From Lysobacterales bacterium (GTDB lineage: Bacteria; Pseudomonadota; Gammaproteobacteria; Xanthomonadales; SZUA-5): a DNA stretch of 64,000 bases. The stretch lies in the NCBI GenBank assembly GCA_022844165.1, contig JALHMH010000015.1:32001-96000 (forward strand). The letters are read 5' to 3'. Under the pieces are notes generated by a model. It was not told the DNA's origin. It did no database searches and saw only the letters and a program-made list of their open reading frames with translations. Positions within the stretch are counted from its first letter, which is position 1. Each line of letters begins with the position of its first letter. Shown piece by piece: positions 19,637-29,488 of this stretch. Made by a program: the position numbers and the translations under genes.

Positions 19637-20392
19637 TTATCCAAAGTCGGCAGGTTGTTTGGTGACGAAGGCCGCGGCGCCAGCCGCAAACTCTTTGCCA
19701 CCGAAAGCCGCGATCGCTAAGTCATCGAGGGTCGGATCGGTGGCGACCGCGGACACAGCACGCAGCGTTCGCTTGATATTTGTCAGCGCCTCGGATGGTC
19801 CCGTAGCCAACTGCTGCGCCAGCGTCGACAATTGCCCTTCCAGATTCGCGGGCGCGCAGCGGCGCTGCACAAGGCCCATACGGAGCGCGTCGTCTGCATC
19901 CAATTCGCGTGAGGTCAACAGCATGTCGCTGGCGTGCGCAAGACCGATCGCAGCGACCAGTCGGTGCGTGTCAGCGGGGCTGTAGATCAATCCGAGGCGA
20001 ATGGGCGTCACCGCAAAACGGGCGGTGTCGTCCGCAATGCGCAGATCGCACGCCGTTGCCAGCCCGACACCGCCGCCATAACAGGCGCCGCGGATGGCAG
20101 CAATGGTGGGAATCGGAGCCTCGAACAAAACACGTTGCGCGCGCTGCACACAAGCGTGGTTATCCGACATCCATTGTGGGTCGTCGATATGCGCTCGTAG
20201 CTCGTGCACATCGGCGCCGGCACAAAAGTGTGCGCCGCCTTCGATGGACACCACGCGCGCCCCGGCGTTGGTCAGGATGGTATCGGTCAACGCCTGCCAG
20301 GATTCGTGGTCGAGCGCATTGCGTTGCGCCGGACGATCAATCGTGATGCGCAGCCAACGTCCGCCCAGTTCGTGCCGAACAATGAGGCTCAC
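19637..20392 (-). CDS. Enoyl-CoA hydratase/isomerase family protein
   Basis: 'RNALD', 'FCAGADV', 'GACYGGGVGLATACDLRIA'. Confidence 0.9.
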   Translation of the reverse strand: MSLIVRHELGGRWLRITIDRPAQRNALDHESWQALTDTILTNAGARVVSIEGGAHFCAGADVHELRAHIDDPQWMSDNHACVQRAQRVLFEAPIPTIAAIRGACYGGGVGLATACDLRIADDTARFAVTPIRLGLIYSPADTHRLVAAIGLAHASDMLLTSRELDADDALRMGLVQRRCAPANLEGQLSTLAQQLATGPSEALTNIKRTLRAVSAVATDPTLDDLAIAAFGGKEFAAGAAAFVTKQPADFG

Positions 20393-20688
20393 CAGTTGCG
20401 CCCTCCCACCCAGGTGCCTGCCGCCGCGCGGTAGCCATGGACGTCGATACGTCGCCAGACATTGGCACGAGTGTAAGGATCGGCTGCGATCCACGCGCGT
20501 GCTGCCGGCAAAGACTCGGCCTCAATCACAAACATCGACCCGATCATCGCGCCAGCATCGTTCAACCACGGCCCCGCAATCCGAATAATCGCCATCTGCG
20601 TCTCAATGAATGCGAGGTGCTCGGCGAGATGTAATGCGCGCAATTGCGCGCCTTCGCTGCTATCGATTGCCCAGATCACTGCCAGCAT
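20389..20688 (-). CDS. YciI family protein
   Basis: 'HLAEHLAF...AGPWL...GSMFVIEA...DPY'. Confidence 0.88.
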   Translation of the reverse strand: MLAVIWAIDSSEGAQLRALHLAEHLAFIETQMAIIRIAGPWLNDAGAMIGSMFVIEAESLPAARAWIAADPYTRANVWRRIDVHGYRAAAGTWVGGRNW

Positions 20689-20895
20689 GGTCCGTCCGCG
20701 CCGATGTGTCCCGCGCATGCTACCGCGTTGGCGTCGAGCGCATTTCGAGCAAGGATCACGCGAACCGCCGCGAAGCAGTCTTTTGCTGAGTCGCCTGAAC
20801 AACGTCCGTCGGTGGTTCGGCCCCCGGTTGACGAATGAAATACGCTAAGGCTTAATTGCGGGCTCGGCGCGTTGTTCCTCCCGCCGAGCCACTTC

Positions 20896-20971
20896 GGCCA
20901 GGTAGCTCAGTTGGTAGAGCAGGGGACTGAAAATCCCCGTGTCGGCGGTTCGATTCCGTCCCTGGCCACCA
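20896..20971 (+). tRNA. tRNA-Phe (GAA)
   Basis: 76-nt cloverleaf GGCCAGGTAGCTCAGTTGGTAGAGC...ggggaCTGAAAAtcccc...GGTTCGATTCC...CCA. Confidence 0.98.
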
Positions 20972-21275
20972 TCTCGATCAAGCGCTTAGATCACGTTTCG
21001 GGAATGTTCTACTTCGCCGGCTCCGATCTGGTGCCCGTTGGTTGGCTGGCTTGATCCGTTTTCTCATTGAAGAGAACCGATGGGCCCGCGTTGGTGCAAG
21101 TCGGGACGAGCCCGTCCGCGCTCCTGCTCCCAGCGACTTTTGACGAGAACGCTTATCGAGCTGTACTTCCGACGTTCGAAGCAGGGCTTGCGTTTTTCGT
21201 CACGAACGGACATCGACGGCAACGCGTGCTACGTCTGCGGACACGGTGAGCTCGACGCTGAGGCACTGCATGACT

Positions 21276-22556
21276 CTACTGCCGCTCCAAAATCATCGCC
21301 ACGCCCATACCGCCCGCGGCGCAGGCGGTGATCAACGCGCGGCCGTGGCCTCGTTCGGCGAGCTGCTGCGCGGCTCCAATGAGCATTCGACCGCCGGTTG
21401 CGGCGAAGGGATGACCTAAGGCGAGGCTGCCGCCAGCGAGGTTGATTTTGTCGACATCGATATGGCCTAAGGTGGCCGTGAGCCCGAGTCTGTCGCGACA
21501 GAACTTGACCGATTCTGCCGCGGCGATGGTCGACAGCACCTGCGCTGCAAAAGCCTCGTGGATTTCGATGATGTCGAAATCGGCGAGCGTAAGCCGGGTC
21601 CTGGTCAAGAGGCGGGAGATGGCCACTACGGGCGCAATCAACAGTCCCTCGCCTCCGACAAAATCCACCGCCGCAACTTCCGCATCAATCAGCGCAGCCA
21701 GCGGTGTATGGCCGTGCGCTGATGCCCAGTTCGCGGTGGCCAGTAGCACTGCGCTGGCGCCGTCGGTCAATGGCGTGGAGTTGCCGGCCGTCAGCGTACC
21801 TTGTCCTGACATTTTATCGAAGGCAGGTTTCAGGCTGGCGAGCTTTTCGAGTGTCGTGTCCGGCCGCAAAATCGTGTCGCGGCGGATTCCGCCGAACGTG
21901 AGTAACGAAGCGTCGTAGAAGCCGCGGTCATAGGCTGCCGCGGCACGTTGATGACTCAGCAGCGCCAGGCGATCCTGATCGGCGCGAGAGATCGCCCAGG
22001 TCTTGGCCATCATCTCGCAGTGCTCGCCCATGCTCTTGCCGGTGCGCGGTTCGCTCACCTGCGGCGCGCTGGGTTTGAGTTCCTTGAACACAAATCCCTT
22101 GAATGCGGCAAGACGTTCGCCGAAGGTCCTGGCTCTGCTGGCGGCGAGCAGCCGCGCATTCAAAGTGCGATTGAGTACCAGCGGTACTTCGCTCGATGAG
22201 TCACTGCCGCCACCGATGCCGACCTCGATCTGTCCCAGGGCGATTTTGTTGGCGACTGCGATCGCCGCTTCGAAACCGGTGCCACAGGCACGCTGCAGCG
22301 TAAGTCCAGGCGTGGTTGCGGCAAGGCCTGTGCCCAAGACGATTTCGCGTGCCAGATTGAAGTCGCGCGAGTGCTTCAAGACAGCGCCGAACGCGACATC
22401 GCCGAGCTCCTGAGCTTGCAACTGGAAGCGCTCTACCAACTTAGCGACGACTTCGGTGCCAAGTGCGAGATTTCCGAGCTCAGCAAACGCCGTGTTCTGG
22501 CGGCAGAAGGGCGTGCGCACGCCGCCGAGAATGTGCGCCAAGGGTTTGCGGTTCAT
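21276..22556 (-). CDS. Acetyl-CoA C-acyltransferase (thiolase, FadI-like)
   Basis: 'QRACGTG', 'HEAFAAQ', 'GHPFAATG', 'ACAAGGMG'. Confidence 0.92.
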   Translation of the reverse strand: MNRKPLAHILGGVRTPFCRQNTAFAELGNLALGTEVVAKLVERFQLQAQELGDVAFGAVLKHSRDFNLAREIVLGTGLAATTPGLTLQRACGTGFEAAIAVANKIALGQIEVGIGGGSDSSSEVPLVLNRTLNARLLAASRARTFGERLAAFKGFVFKELKPSAPQVSEPRTGKSMGEHCEMMAKTWAISRADQDRLALLSHQRAAAAYDRGFYDASLLTFGGIRRDTILRPDTTLEKLASLKPAFDKMSGQGTLTAGNSTPLTDGASAVLLATANWASAHGHTPLAALIDAEVAAVDFVGGEGLLIAPVVAISRLLTRTRLTLADFDIIEIHEAFAAQVLSTIAAAESVKFCRDRLGLTATLGHIDVDKINLAGGSLALGHPFAATGGRMLIGAAQQLAERGHGRALITACAAGGMGVAMILERQ

Positions 22557-22651
22557 CCGTTGTCTCCGTTCGGAGATTGGGATGTTACGCCGGTCAGAGG
22601 CCAGGGTCTTGGACCGGACCGCAGTCGCCCAGCGAGATCGATAACATCGAT

Positions 22652-22741
22652 TTGCCCCAACGGGGCAACGCATACCAGCCCAGGGTGCAACCCTGGGGTA
22701 TCAATGCGAATGCGAATGCGGTCTGAGGGAACGCCGCATAG
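22652..22741. repeat. REP-like palindrome cluster
   Basis: Hairpins ttgcccc-aac-ggggcaa and cccagggt-gca-accctggg, then atgcgg...ccgcat, downstream of hslU. Confidence 0.45.
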
Positions 22742-22745
22742 GTAC

Positions 22746-24074
22746 TTATAAAATGTAGCGGCTCAAATCCTCGTTCTTGACCAGCTCGGCGAGGTGCTCA
22801 TCGACAAAGCGACTATCGATGGTCACCTCGTCGCCGCTGCGATCGGAGGCGTCGAACGACAGCGACTCGAGGAGTTTCTCCAGCACGGTGTGCAACCGCC
22901 TGGCGCCGATATTTTCCATGCGCTCATTGACGTGTGCCGCGATTTCCGCCAGACGGCGCACGCCATCGCCGGTGAATTCGATACGCAAACCCTCGGTGCC
23001 CATGAGCGCAACGTATTGCCGCGTTAAGGCATTCGACGGCTCGCACAGGATGCGTTCGAAGTCGTCAACATTAAGCGCCTGCAACTCGACTCGGATCGGG
23101 AACCGGCCCTGCAATTCCGGGATGAGATCCGACGGTTTGGCCAAATGGAAAGCACCCGAGGCAATGAACAGGATGTGGTCGGTCTTGACGGTGCCGTACT
23201 TGGTAGAAACGGTCGACCCTTCGACCAGCGGCAGCAAGTCGCGTTGCACGCCTTCGCGCGAGACATCCGCGCCGCCATATTCGCCGCGGCGGCAGACCTT
23301 GTCGATTTCGTCGATGAACACGATGCCGTTCTGTTCCACGTTGTAGATTGCCGCGGATTTGATCTCGTCCTCGTTGATCAGCTTGGCGGCCTCATCGTCG
23401 ATCAGCAGCGCACGCGCTTTGCCGATCGGCAGCTTGCGCTTCGTGCTGCGTTGGCTCGCCAGATTTTGGAATAGACCTTTCAACTGGCTGGTCATTTCTT
23501 CCATACCCGGTGGCGCCGCAATCTCGATGCCGAGCGATTGCGCCAGATCGATCTCGATTTCCCGCTCGTCGAGCGCGCCGGCGCGCAATCGCTCCCGCAG
23601 CTTTGCCCGAGTTTCATTGTCGCGGTCCACCGAGTCGGACGGATTGTGATCGAAGCTCAGTCCCTGGCGCCGCGGCACGAGCGCATCCAGGATGCGTTCC
23701 TCGGCGCGTTCTTCGGCTGTGGATTTGACCTTCTCGACCGCCAGTTCGCGTGCCAACTTGACCGCCGCATCGGCGAGATCGCGAATGATGGTTTCGACAT
23801 CTTTGCCGACGTAACCAACTTCGGTGAACTTCGTTGCTTCAACCTTGACGAACGGTGCGTTCGCGAGCGCCGCCAACCGGCGTGCGATTTCCGTCTTGCC
23901 AACACCGGTGGGGCCGATCATCAGAATGTTCTTGGGCATCACCTCGTTGCGCAGCGCGGGATCGAGCTGCATGCGTCGCCAGCGGTTACGCAAAGCGATC
24001 GCGACAGCGCGCTTGGCAGCGGACTGGCCGATGATGTACTGATCTAAAGCGGCGACAATGGATTTCGGGGTCAT
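22746..24074 (-). CDS. hslU: ATP-dependent protease ATPase subunit HslU
   Basis: '[15 protein letters not shown]', 'GYVG', 'DLSRYIL' C-terminus. Confidence 0.98.
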   Translation of the reverse strand: MTPKSIVAALDQYIIGQSAAKRAVAIALRNRWRRMQLDPALRNEVMPKNILMIGPTGVGKTEIARRLAALANAPFVKVEATKFTEVGYVGKDVETIIRDLADAAVKLARELAVEKVKSTAEERAEERILDALVPRRQGLSFDHNPSDSVDRDNETRAKLRERLRAGALDEREIEIDLAQSLGIEIAAPPGMEEMTSQLKGLFQNLASQRSTKRKLPIGKARALLIDDEAAKLINEDEIKSAAIYNVEQNGIVFIDEIDKVCRRGEYGGADVSREGVQRDLLPLVEGSTVSTKYGTVKTDHILFIASGAFHLAKPSDLIPELQGRFPIRVELQALNVDDFERILCEPSNALTRQYVALMGTEGLRIEFTGDGVRRLAEIAAHVNERMENIGARRLHTVLEKLLESLSFDASDRSGDEVTIDSRFVDEHLAELVKNEDLSRYIL

Positions 24075-24174
24075 TTTCGATGGCCGTTTTGCGCGTGGCA
24101 GGTTGTGGGTAGCGAGCTTTGGTCGTGTGGCCCGGTGCTGACCGCCATCCAGGCAACGAAGACCAAACCCGGTC

Positions 24175-24711
24175 CTACAACTCCTCCAACGTCAAGTTGT
24201 GATTGGTGTAAATGCAGATGTCGGCCGCAATGTTGAGTGCACGTTCGACAATCTCGCGCGGGCCAAGCTCCGTGTTTTCCAGCAGCGCTTTCGCCGCCGC
24301 CTGCGCATAATTGCCGCCGGAACCGATCGCGATCAGCCCTTGCTCGGGCTCCAGAACATCGCCGTTGCCGGTGATGAGCAGCGATGTTTCGCTGTCGGCA
24401 ACCGCCAGCAGCGCTTCGAGGCGCATCAGTCGCCGCTCGGTGCGCCAGTCTTTGGCCAGTTCGACAGCAGCGCGCGTTAGGTTGCCGCCATGTTTTTCGA
24501 GTTTTGCGTCGAACAATTCGAACAATGTAAATGCGTCCGCCGTCGCGCCTGCGAAACCGGACAGCACGTTGCCTTTGCCCAATCTGCGGACTTTGCGCGC
24601 ATTGCCCTTAACAACGGTATTGCCGAGCGACACCTGGCCGTCGCCGCCCATCACAACGCGGTTGCCGCGGCGCACGGAGAGTATGGTCGTGCCGTGAAAA
24701 GATTCGCTCAT
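24175..24711 (-). CDS. hslV: ATP-dependent protease peptidase subunit HslV
   Basis: 'TTILSVRR', '[10 protein letters not shown]', '[11 protein letters not shown]', 'ICIYTN'. Confidence 0.98.
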   Translation of the reverse strand: MSESFHGTTILSVRRGNRVVMGGDGQVSLGNTVVKGNARKVRRLGKGNVLSGFAGATADAFTLFELFDAKLEKHGGNLTRAAVELAKDWRTERRLMRLEALLAVADSETSLLITGNGDVLEPEQGLIAIGSGGNYAQAAAKALLENTELGPREIVERALNIAADICIYTNHNLTLEEL

Positions 24712-24739
24712 TGGAATCAACGTGACTCAGGAAGCCCAG

Positions 24740-24767
24740 TTGTGGGGGCGGTCCATCAAGAAATCAA
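24740..24767 (-). promoter_or_regulatory. Candidate sigma-32 promoter of hslVU
   Basis: Minus strand TTGATT-N14-CCCCACAA resembles the RpoH consensus TTGAAA-N13/14-CCCCATNT. Confidence 0.4.
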
Positions 24768-24818
24768 ATGGCTGGATCGTGAGAACCGAGGCAACTCAAG
24801 CCGCGTTCGTTCACCTGA

Positions 24819-24961
24819 GAGCGGTTTGAATAACCTACTGCGCGGGCCGATGGCTGCGTTGGACGGTGCTCGCTTCCTTGCCTATCGACTTGATATGTCT
24901 GCGTCGCTCCGCGCCGTCTGCCTTGCCCTCGGCCCGCTCACTACGGTTATTCAAACCGCTC
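24819..24961. mobile_element. 143-bp MITE with perfect 17-bp terminal inverted repeats and a 4-bp CTGA target duplication
   Basis: gagcggtttgaataacc ... ggttattcaaaccgctc, flanked by ctga at 24815-24818 and 24962-24965. Confidence 0.85.
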
Positions 24962-24972
24962 CTGAGATTGTC

Positions 24973-26052
24973 TTAGCGAAATTCGATCACCTCGACTCCA
25001 TAACCGGCAAGCCCAAAATAGGGGCGCGCTGTGCCCAATACGATGATCTTCCGAGCGCCCAAATCGGCCAGAATCTGCGCGCCGATGCCGGTGGTGCGCC
25101 AGGGTTGCGCCGGCGTCGACTCGGGCGGCTCGCCCAACAAGCGACGCAACTGCGACGATGGGTCTGATCGGTCCCCAAGCACAATGACCACGCCGCTTGG
25201 CGCCTGCGCGATGGTAGTCATCGCATCGCGCAGCGATAGCCCGAAATCGCCGCGCTCGATTCCGAGCAGGTCGCTCCAAATATTCTTGTTGTGGACACGC
25301 ACCAGAGTCGGGCTGTCCGAGTCGATGACACCTTGAATCAACGCGTGGTGTAACTCATGGGTCAGAGTGTCTCGGTACACGATTAACGAGAACTCGCCGA
25401 CTGCTGTCCGGACCAATTGCTCCGCGACTCTTTCGACCGTTTTTTCGTTGCCCAGGCGATAGCGAATCAGGTCTGCGATGCTGCCGATCTTGAGTCCGTG
25501 TTGGGCTGCGAAGAGTTCCAATTGTGGGCGCCGCGCCATGTGGCCGTCGTCGCTCATGATTTCGACCAGTACGCCGGCAGGTTCATGTCCGGCCAAACAA
25601 GCGAGGTCGACGGCTGCTTCGGTATGCCCAGCACGCGCCAGTACACCACCAGGTTGCGCGGCCAGCGGGAAAACGTGGCCCGGTTGCACCAGGTCGTCCG
25701 CGCGAGCCTGCGCAGCGACCGCGGTGCGGATCGTATGCGCCCGGTCGTAGGCCGAGATGCCGGTGGTGACGCCGCTGGCGGCTTCGATAGAAACGGTAAA
25801 GGCGGTGCCCATTCGTGTGCCGTTGCGCGCCGTCATCGGTCCGAGTTGCAGGCGTTTGCAGCGCTCCTGCGTCAGCGCAAGGCAGATCAGGCCGCGCGCG
25901 TGGCGTGCCATGAAGTTGATGTCGTCAGGCCGCACGCAGCTGGCGGCCATGATCAAATCGCCTTCGTTCTCCCGGTCCTCATCATCGAGGACCACCACCA
26001 TCTTGCCAGCGCGGAGATCGTCGAGAAGCTCGGGAATGGTATTGAAAGACAT
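24973..26052 (-). CDS. ribB: 3,4-dihydroxy-2-butanone-4-phosphate synthase with degenerate GTP cyclohydrolase II-like domain (RibBX type)
   Basis: 'DDEDRENEGDL', 'RAGHTEA'; C-terminal domain lacks the Zn-binding Cys motif ('VRVHNKNIWSDLLG'). Confidence 0.93.
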   Translation of the reverse strand: MSFNTIPELLDDLRAGKMVVVLDDEDRENEGDLIMAASCVRPDDINFMARHARGLICLALTQERCKRLQLGPMTARNGTRMGTAFTVSIEAASGVTTGISAYDRAHTIRTAVAAQARADDLVQPGHVFPLAAQPGGVLARAGHTEAAVDLACLAGHEPAGVLVEIMSDDGHMARRPQLELFAAQHGLKIGSIADLIRYRLGNEKTVERVAEQLVRTAVGEFSLIVYRDTLTHELHHALIQGVIDSDSPTLVRVHNKNIWSDLLGIERGDFGLSLRDAMTTIAQAPSGVVIVLGDRSDPSSQLRRLLGEPPESTPAQPWRTTGIGAQILADLGARKIIVLGTARPYFGLAGYGVEVIEFR

Positions 26053-26247
26053 GCGGTATGGTCGATGAGAACCGTCGCGCAGTCTAACGGCTGCTCGCCG
26101 TGCATGCGTCGACTTGTCGCGATACGCGTTGGTTCTCGATTCCACCGTCGCACCTGTTCAAGCGGGCGTTGGCGTCGGTTGGAAATGCGGTGATACACGT
26201 TGTCCGGATTATCTCGTCGCGCATGTTCGAGCGTGCGTCAGCGAAAA

Positions 26248-26709
26248 TCACTGATTCTCGATGGGTTTGGCATTGCGCTGCAGGTCGCGCGTTGCGCGCC
26301 TGGCGTTTCGTGCCCGGTCTTCCCGTTGACCAACCGTCAGGCACAGCTCTCGCGGCAGGCGGCTGCCGATCGGTGCCTCTTTGGTGCAGACGATCCGGTT
26401 CTTATTTCTGATTCGTAAATGTTCGTCCAACTGCGCTCGCGCATTGTCAAGAACTTCGCGATCGGCTGCGCTGAGATCGGCAAGGCTCGAGCTGCGTTTG
26501 GCAATGTTGGCAATCGCGCGCGCAGCTTCCGTCGCGCGTTCGCGGCTGAATTTCGACAGTTTGCCGTACTGGCCGGCGCGCGCCAGCTGCATCGCCAATT
26601 CGGTCTCGCTGGCGATCTCGGCCAACTCCAGCTGGCGATCGGTTTCTGTGATAGCCACCGCGTTGCCGAACATCATCAACATAACCACCCAAAGTGCAAT
26701 GCGCTGCAT
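26248..26709 (-). CDS. Hypothetical secreted protein
   Basis: Signal peptide MQRIALWVVMLMMFGNAVA; 'IVCTKEAPIGSRLPRELC' Cys pair. Confidence 0.7.
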   Translation of the reverse strand: MQRIALWVVMLMMFGNAVAITETDRQLELAEIASETELAMQLARAGQYGKLSKFSRERATEAARAIANIAKRSSSLADLSAADREVLDNARAQLDEHLRIRNKNRIVCTKEAPIGSRLPRELCLTVGQREDRARNARRATRDLQRNAKPIENQ

Positions 26710-26947
26710 ATCACCGGCCCCTATCACGTTGTTGAGGACTCGCTCTCCATGGATCAAGCACTTACGTGCTCGACCCAATTGCGAATCATCCTATGGTTCG
26801 CGCCCGCAGGCCGTTTCTCAACAGCCTGCTATGCGCTGACAATCCATTCCCAAGGCCAAGAGATAATCACAGGGTGGCACAGCTGGCAAATTAAAATTCG
26901 AAAAGGCACGAAGCGGGCGGTGCTGTTGGGTGATCGGCGTCGATCGT

Positions 26948-27520
26948 TCAGGTCAGACGTGCGAGCGGCGCGATACGGCAAAGAACAACTTCGCCGCCGC
27001 CGTCCAGCACGGCCCGGCCGCCTGAGCCGTCGCCGCTCAGAAGCAAGGCATGCTGTGCACCAAGCCACTGGCTGCGTTCGCCTGCGCGCAGCGTCGCTTC
27101 GCCGCTGACCAGATACACGAGCCAGCTCACGTCGATTTCATTGAACAGCACCATGGCGCCGACGAGTGGCCGCGGCAGCAATTTGGCATCGATGAGGTGT
27201 GGGTCGTAGATCAAGTTGAAAACCGAGCACGGGAAATCCCCTTGCGCGTTGCATGGTGTATCGCTTGGGATCGTCTGCGCGCTCAGGCGCGGCGCGATGT
27301 CAATGCGGCGCTCATCGACGTCCAATGTGAGCGGTCCGCCGTCGAGCAATGCGATCAGCCGAGTCTTGCCAGGGAAAGCGGTGAAATCGCCCGCCGCATC
27401 GATGCGTGCGACGCTTGCTCGCCACTGCCAGGGATCGCCACCGCGGGCGATTTCGCGGGTTGCGCCATGTGACCAGGGGGACACACGCTGCGATTGTGGT
27501 TCGATACAGGTCAACTTCAC
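26948..27520 (-). CDS. HutD/Ves family cupin protein
   Basis: 'PWSHGATREIA', 'WRASVARID', 'FTAFPGKTR', 'FNLI'. Confidence 0.8.
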   Translation of the reverse strand: MKLTCIEPQSQRVSPWSHGATREIARGGDPWQWRASVARIDAAGDFTAFPGKTRLIALLDGGPLTLDVDERRIDIAPRLSAQTIPSDTPCNAQGDFPCSVFNLIYDPHLIDAKLLPRPLVGAMVLFNEIDVSWLVYLVSGEATLRAGERSQWLGAQHALLLSGDGSGGRAVLDGGGEVVLCRIAPLARLT

Positions 27521-28005
27521 TTCTTGGCCCTGGAAATCATTGTCGTTCTAATGCCTTCCGCAAAGTCCACAAAACACTGATCGAACTGATAGGAGAGAAG
27601 CGGCCACTCACGAGAGAAGTGGGGATTCTTAAAGCAGTCTTCCAAATATCCAACCCATCCCTGCCACTGAACCTTTCGAAAACCAGATCGTGTATCGCGA
27701 TAAAGCAAGAAAGCTCGTTCGTGCAGACTCAATAGCAGGCAGAAAAGTAGCTGCATTCGTTTCCGCCGTTCGCCGCTGAGCGGTTCCGTTACGTCGCTGC
27801 CATTCCCGAACGCGGGCAAGTCCGGATTTTCCAGACAAGTCCTGAGATAAGCGTCATAACAATCACCCAGCGTAGAATACGTGCGACTTTCACGATCTTT
27901 AATCTCGCGAAATTTGCCATAGACGAAGACGCCGATGCCAACTGGCACGCCCAGAAGTTGAATCCAGAGGATCAACAGTTCGATAAGTTCTTTCGACAAG
28001 ATCAT
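27517..28005 (-). CDS. Hypothetical protein with N-terminal TM helix
   Basis: One TM then a helical domain 'YDAYLRTCLENPDLP...LHERAFLLY...WQGWVGYL'; AT-richer; coupled to both neighbours. Confidence 0.7.
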   Translation of the reverse strand: MILSKELIELLILWIQLLGVPVGIGVFVYGKFREIKDRESRTYSTLGDCYDAYLRTCLENPDLPAFGNGSDVTEPLSGERRKRMQLLFCLLLSLHERAFLLYRDTRSGFRKVQWQGWVGYLEDCFKNPHFSREWPLLSYQFDQCFVDFAEGIRTTMISRAKK

Positions 28006-28007
28006 TC

Positions 28008-28385
28008 CTAGATAAAGTCCAGATGCGAGCAGTCTGCCATGAACTCTCGATAGTCTGAAGTGAGTTCCGTATTTTCCGGAATGCGTTCCCTGGCGAATCC
28101 CAAGCCCTCTCTTGTAAAATCCGTATTGGGCGATCGAGAGTGGTTAATGAACCTGCCCGCTGTGGATTCGTAATAAATCGGCCCGTCAATGACTGACCGC
28201 CAGGCATGTATTTCAAGTTCGTTGCGAACGTCGAATGGTATCGTGTTCCATTCTTCCTCTGTGAAAATCAGGTCGAAGCGCTCGTCAAAGCGCCATATGA
28301 GTTGGCCCTTTTCAATATTCGTTCTGGTAAAGACACCTACGCCGGAAATTGGGCTTGGGGCCACGAAGACTGGAATTATAAACAC
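28008..28385 (-). CDS. SET domain protein (protein-lysine methyltransferase-like)
   Basis: 'SPISGVGVF', 'RFINHSRSPN', 'ELTSDY'. Confidence 0.9.
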   Translation of the reverse strand: MFIIPVFVAPSPISGVGVFTRTNIEKGQLIWRFDERFDLIFTEEEWNTIPFDVRNELEIHAWRSVIDGPIYYESTAGRFINHSRSPNTDFTREGLGFARERIPENTELTSDYREFMADCSHLDFI

Positions 28386-28646
28386 GACAACCTCTGCGTA
28401 TTAAAATGACAATGAGTTCCAAGAACTGTGTTTGGGCACCTTGTACCTATCTCCGATCAAACGAACGGACGACAGGACAACACGCTGCATCCGGAGCGAA
28501 TCATGGCCAAGTATGACAGCGGAGCGCGCGGGTTGAAGCCTTCAACGAGCAGTCGCCTGCCGCTCTTTTGCTCGGCGGCTCGGGTCGGCATACTCCGACA
28601 GCTGGCCGGCGAGCTGCCGCAGCGCCGCAGGCATAGGAACCTCCGC

Positions 28647-29477
28647 ATGAGCGATTCAAAGCCAGTATTCGTAGAAGTTGCGCCGAATGCCTTCGTTTTT
28701 CGCGAGGGCGACGTCGGAACCGATATGTACATCATCGAAACCGGTACTGTCGAGGTGCTCCGCGAAGCGCGCGGCGGCGATCCGATCGCGGTGCTTGGCG
28801 CCGGGGACTTTTTCGGCGAGATGGCCATCTTGGAAGACCAGCCGCGGTTCGCGGCTGTGCGCGCAACCTCTGCGGCGCGACTGTTGAAGGTCGATCGTGC
28901 CGCTTTCGCTGGCATGCTGCGCGACAACTTCGAGATTGCCGTGCGCATCATGCGCAAGCTGGTGGCGCGGTTGCGCCGAACGGAAGAGCAGTTGCAACAA
29001 GCGCAAAATGAGCTGGATTTGTTGCGCCGCGGCGGGCCAGACAAGGCTGCGCCAGTGAAGCCGAGTCGCGATACAGTCAAGTCTGATGTCGCTAAACTAT
29101 CGCCGACGCCCAGCAAACGCATTACCCCAATCGATCCGAACACGATCGGCAAACCCATCAAATTGGTTCATGCTCCAAGCGGCAGCGAGTTTGCGCTCGC
29201 GACGGGCAGGCAAGAGATGCTGATTGGTCGACCAGACCCGGTCACCGGATTGTTGCCAGAAATCAACCTTGGACCGTTGGACACTCAGCGCAGTCTGTCG
29301 CGGCGGCACGCTAAAATCATCAACGAAGCGGGCATATTTTTTCTGCGCGAAGAAGTCGGTACGACGAACGGTACTTTCGTCAACAACGAGCGTATTGCGA
29401 CCGGGCAAGCGCGTCCTTTGGCACCAGGCGATCAGTTGCGCTTCGGTTCCGTCGAATTAGTCGTACAAGCGATTTGA
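28647..29477 (+). CDS. Cyclic nucleotide-binding domain + FHA domain protein
   Basis: cNMP motifs 'FREGDVG...GDFFGEMAIL...PRFAAVRA'; FHA motifs 'IGRPD...SRRHA...NGTFVN'. Confidence 0.9.
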   Translation: MSDSKPVFVEVAPNAFVFREGDVGTDMYIIETGTVEVLREARGGDPIAVLGAGDFFGEMAILEDQPRFAAVRATSAARLLKVDRAAFAGMLRDNFEIAVRIMRKLVARLRRTEEQLQQAQNELDLLRRGGPDKAAPVKPSRDTVKSDVAKLSPTPSKRITPIDPNTIGKPIKLVHAPSGSEFALATGRQEMLIGRPDPVTGLLPEINLGPLDTQRSLSRRHAKIINEAGIFFLREEVGTTNGTFVNNERIATGQARPLAPGDQLRFGSVELVVQAI

Positions 29478-29488
29478 GGAGGATGGAA

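Noticed and set aside
20872-21054. Short ORFs over tRNA-Phe, tRNA-Ser and rnpB
   Set aside because: They overlap clearly identified structural RNA genes.
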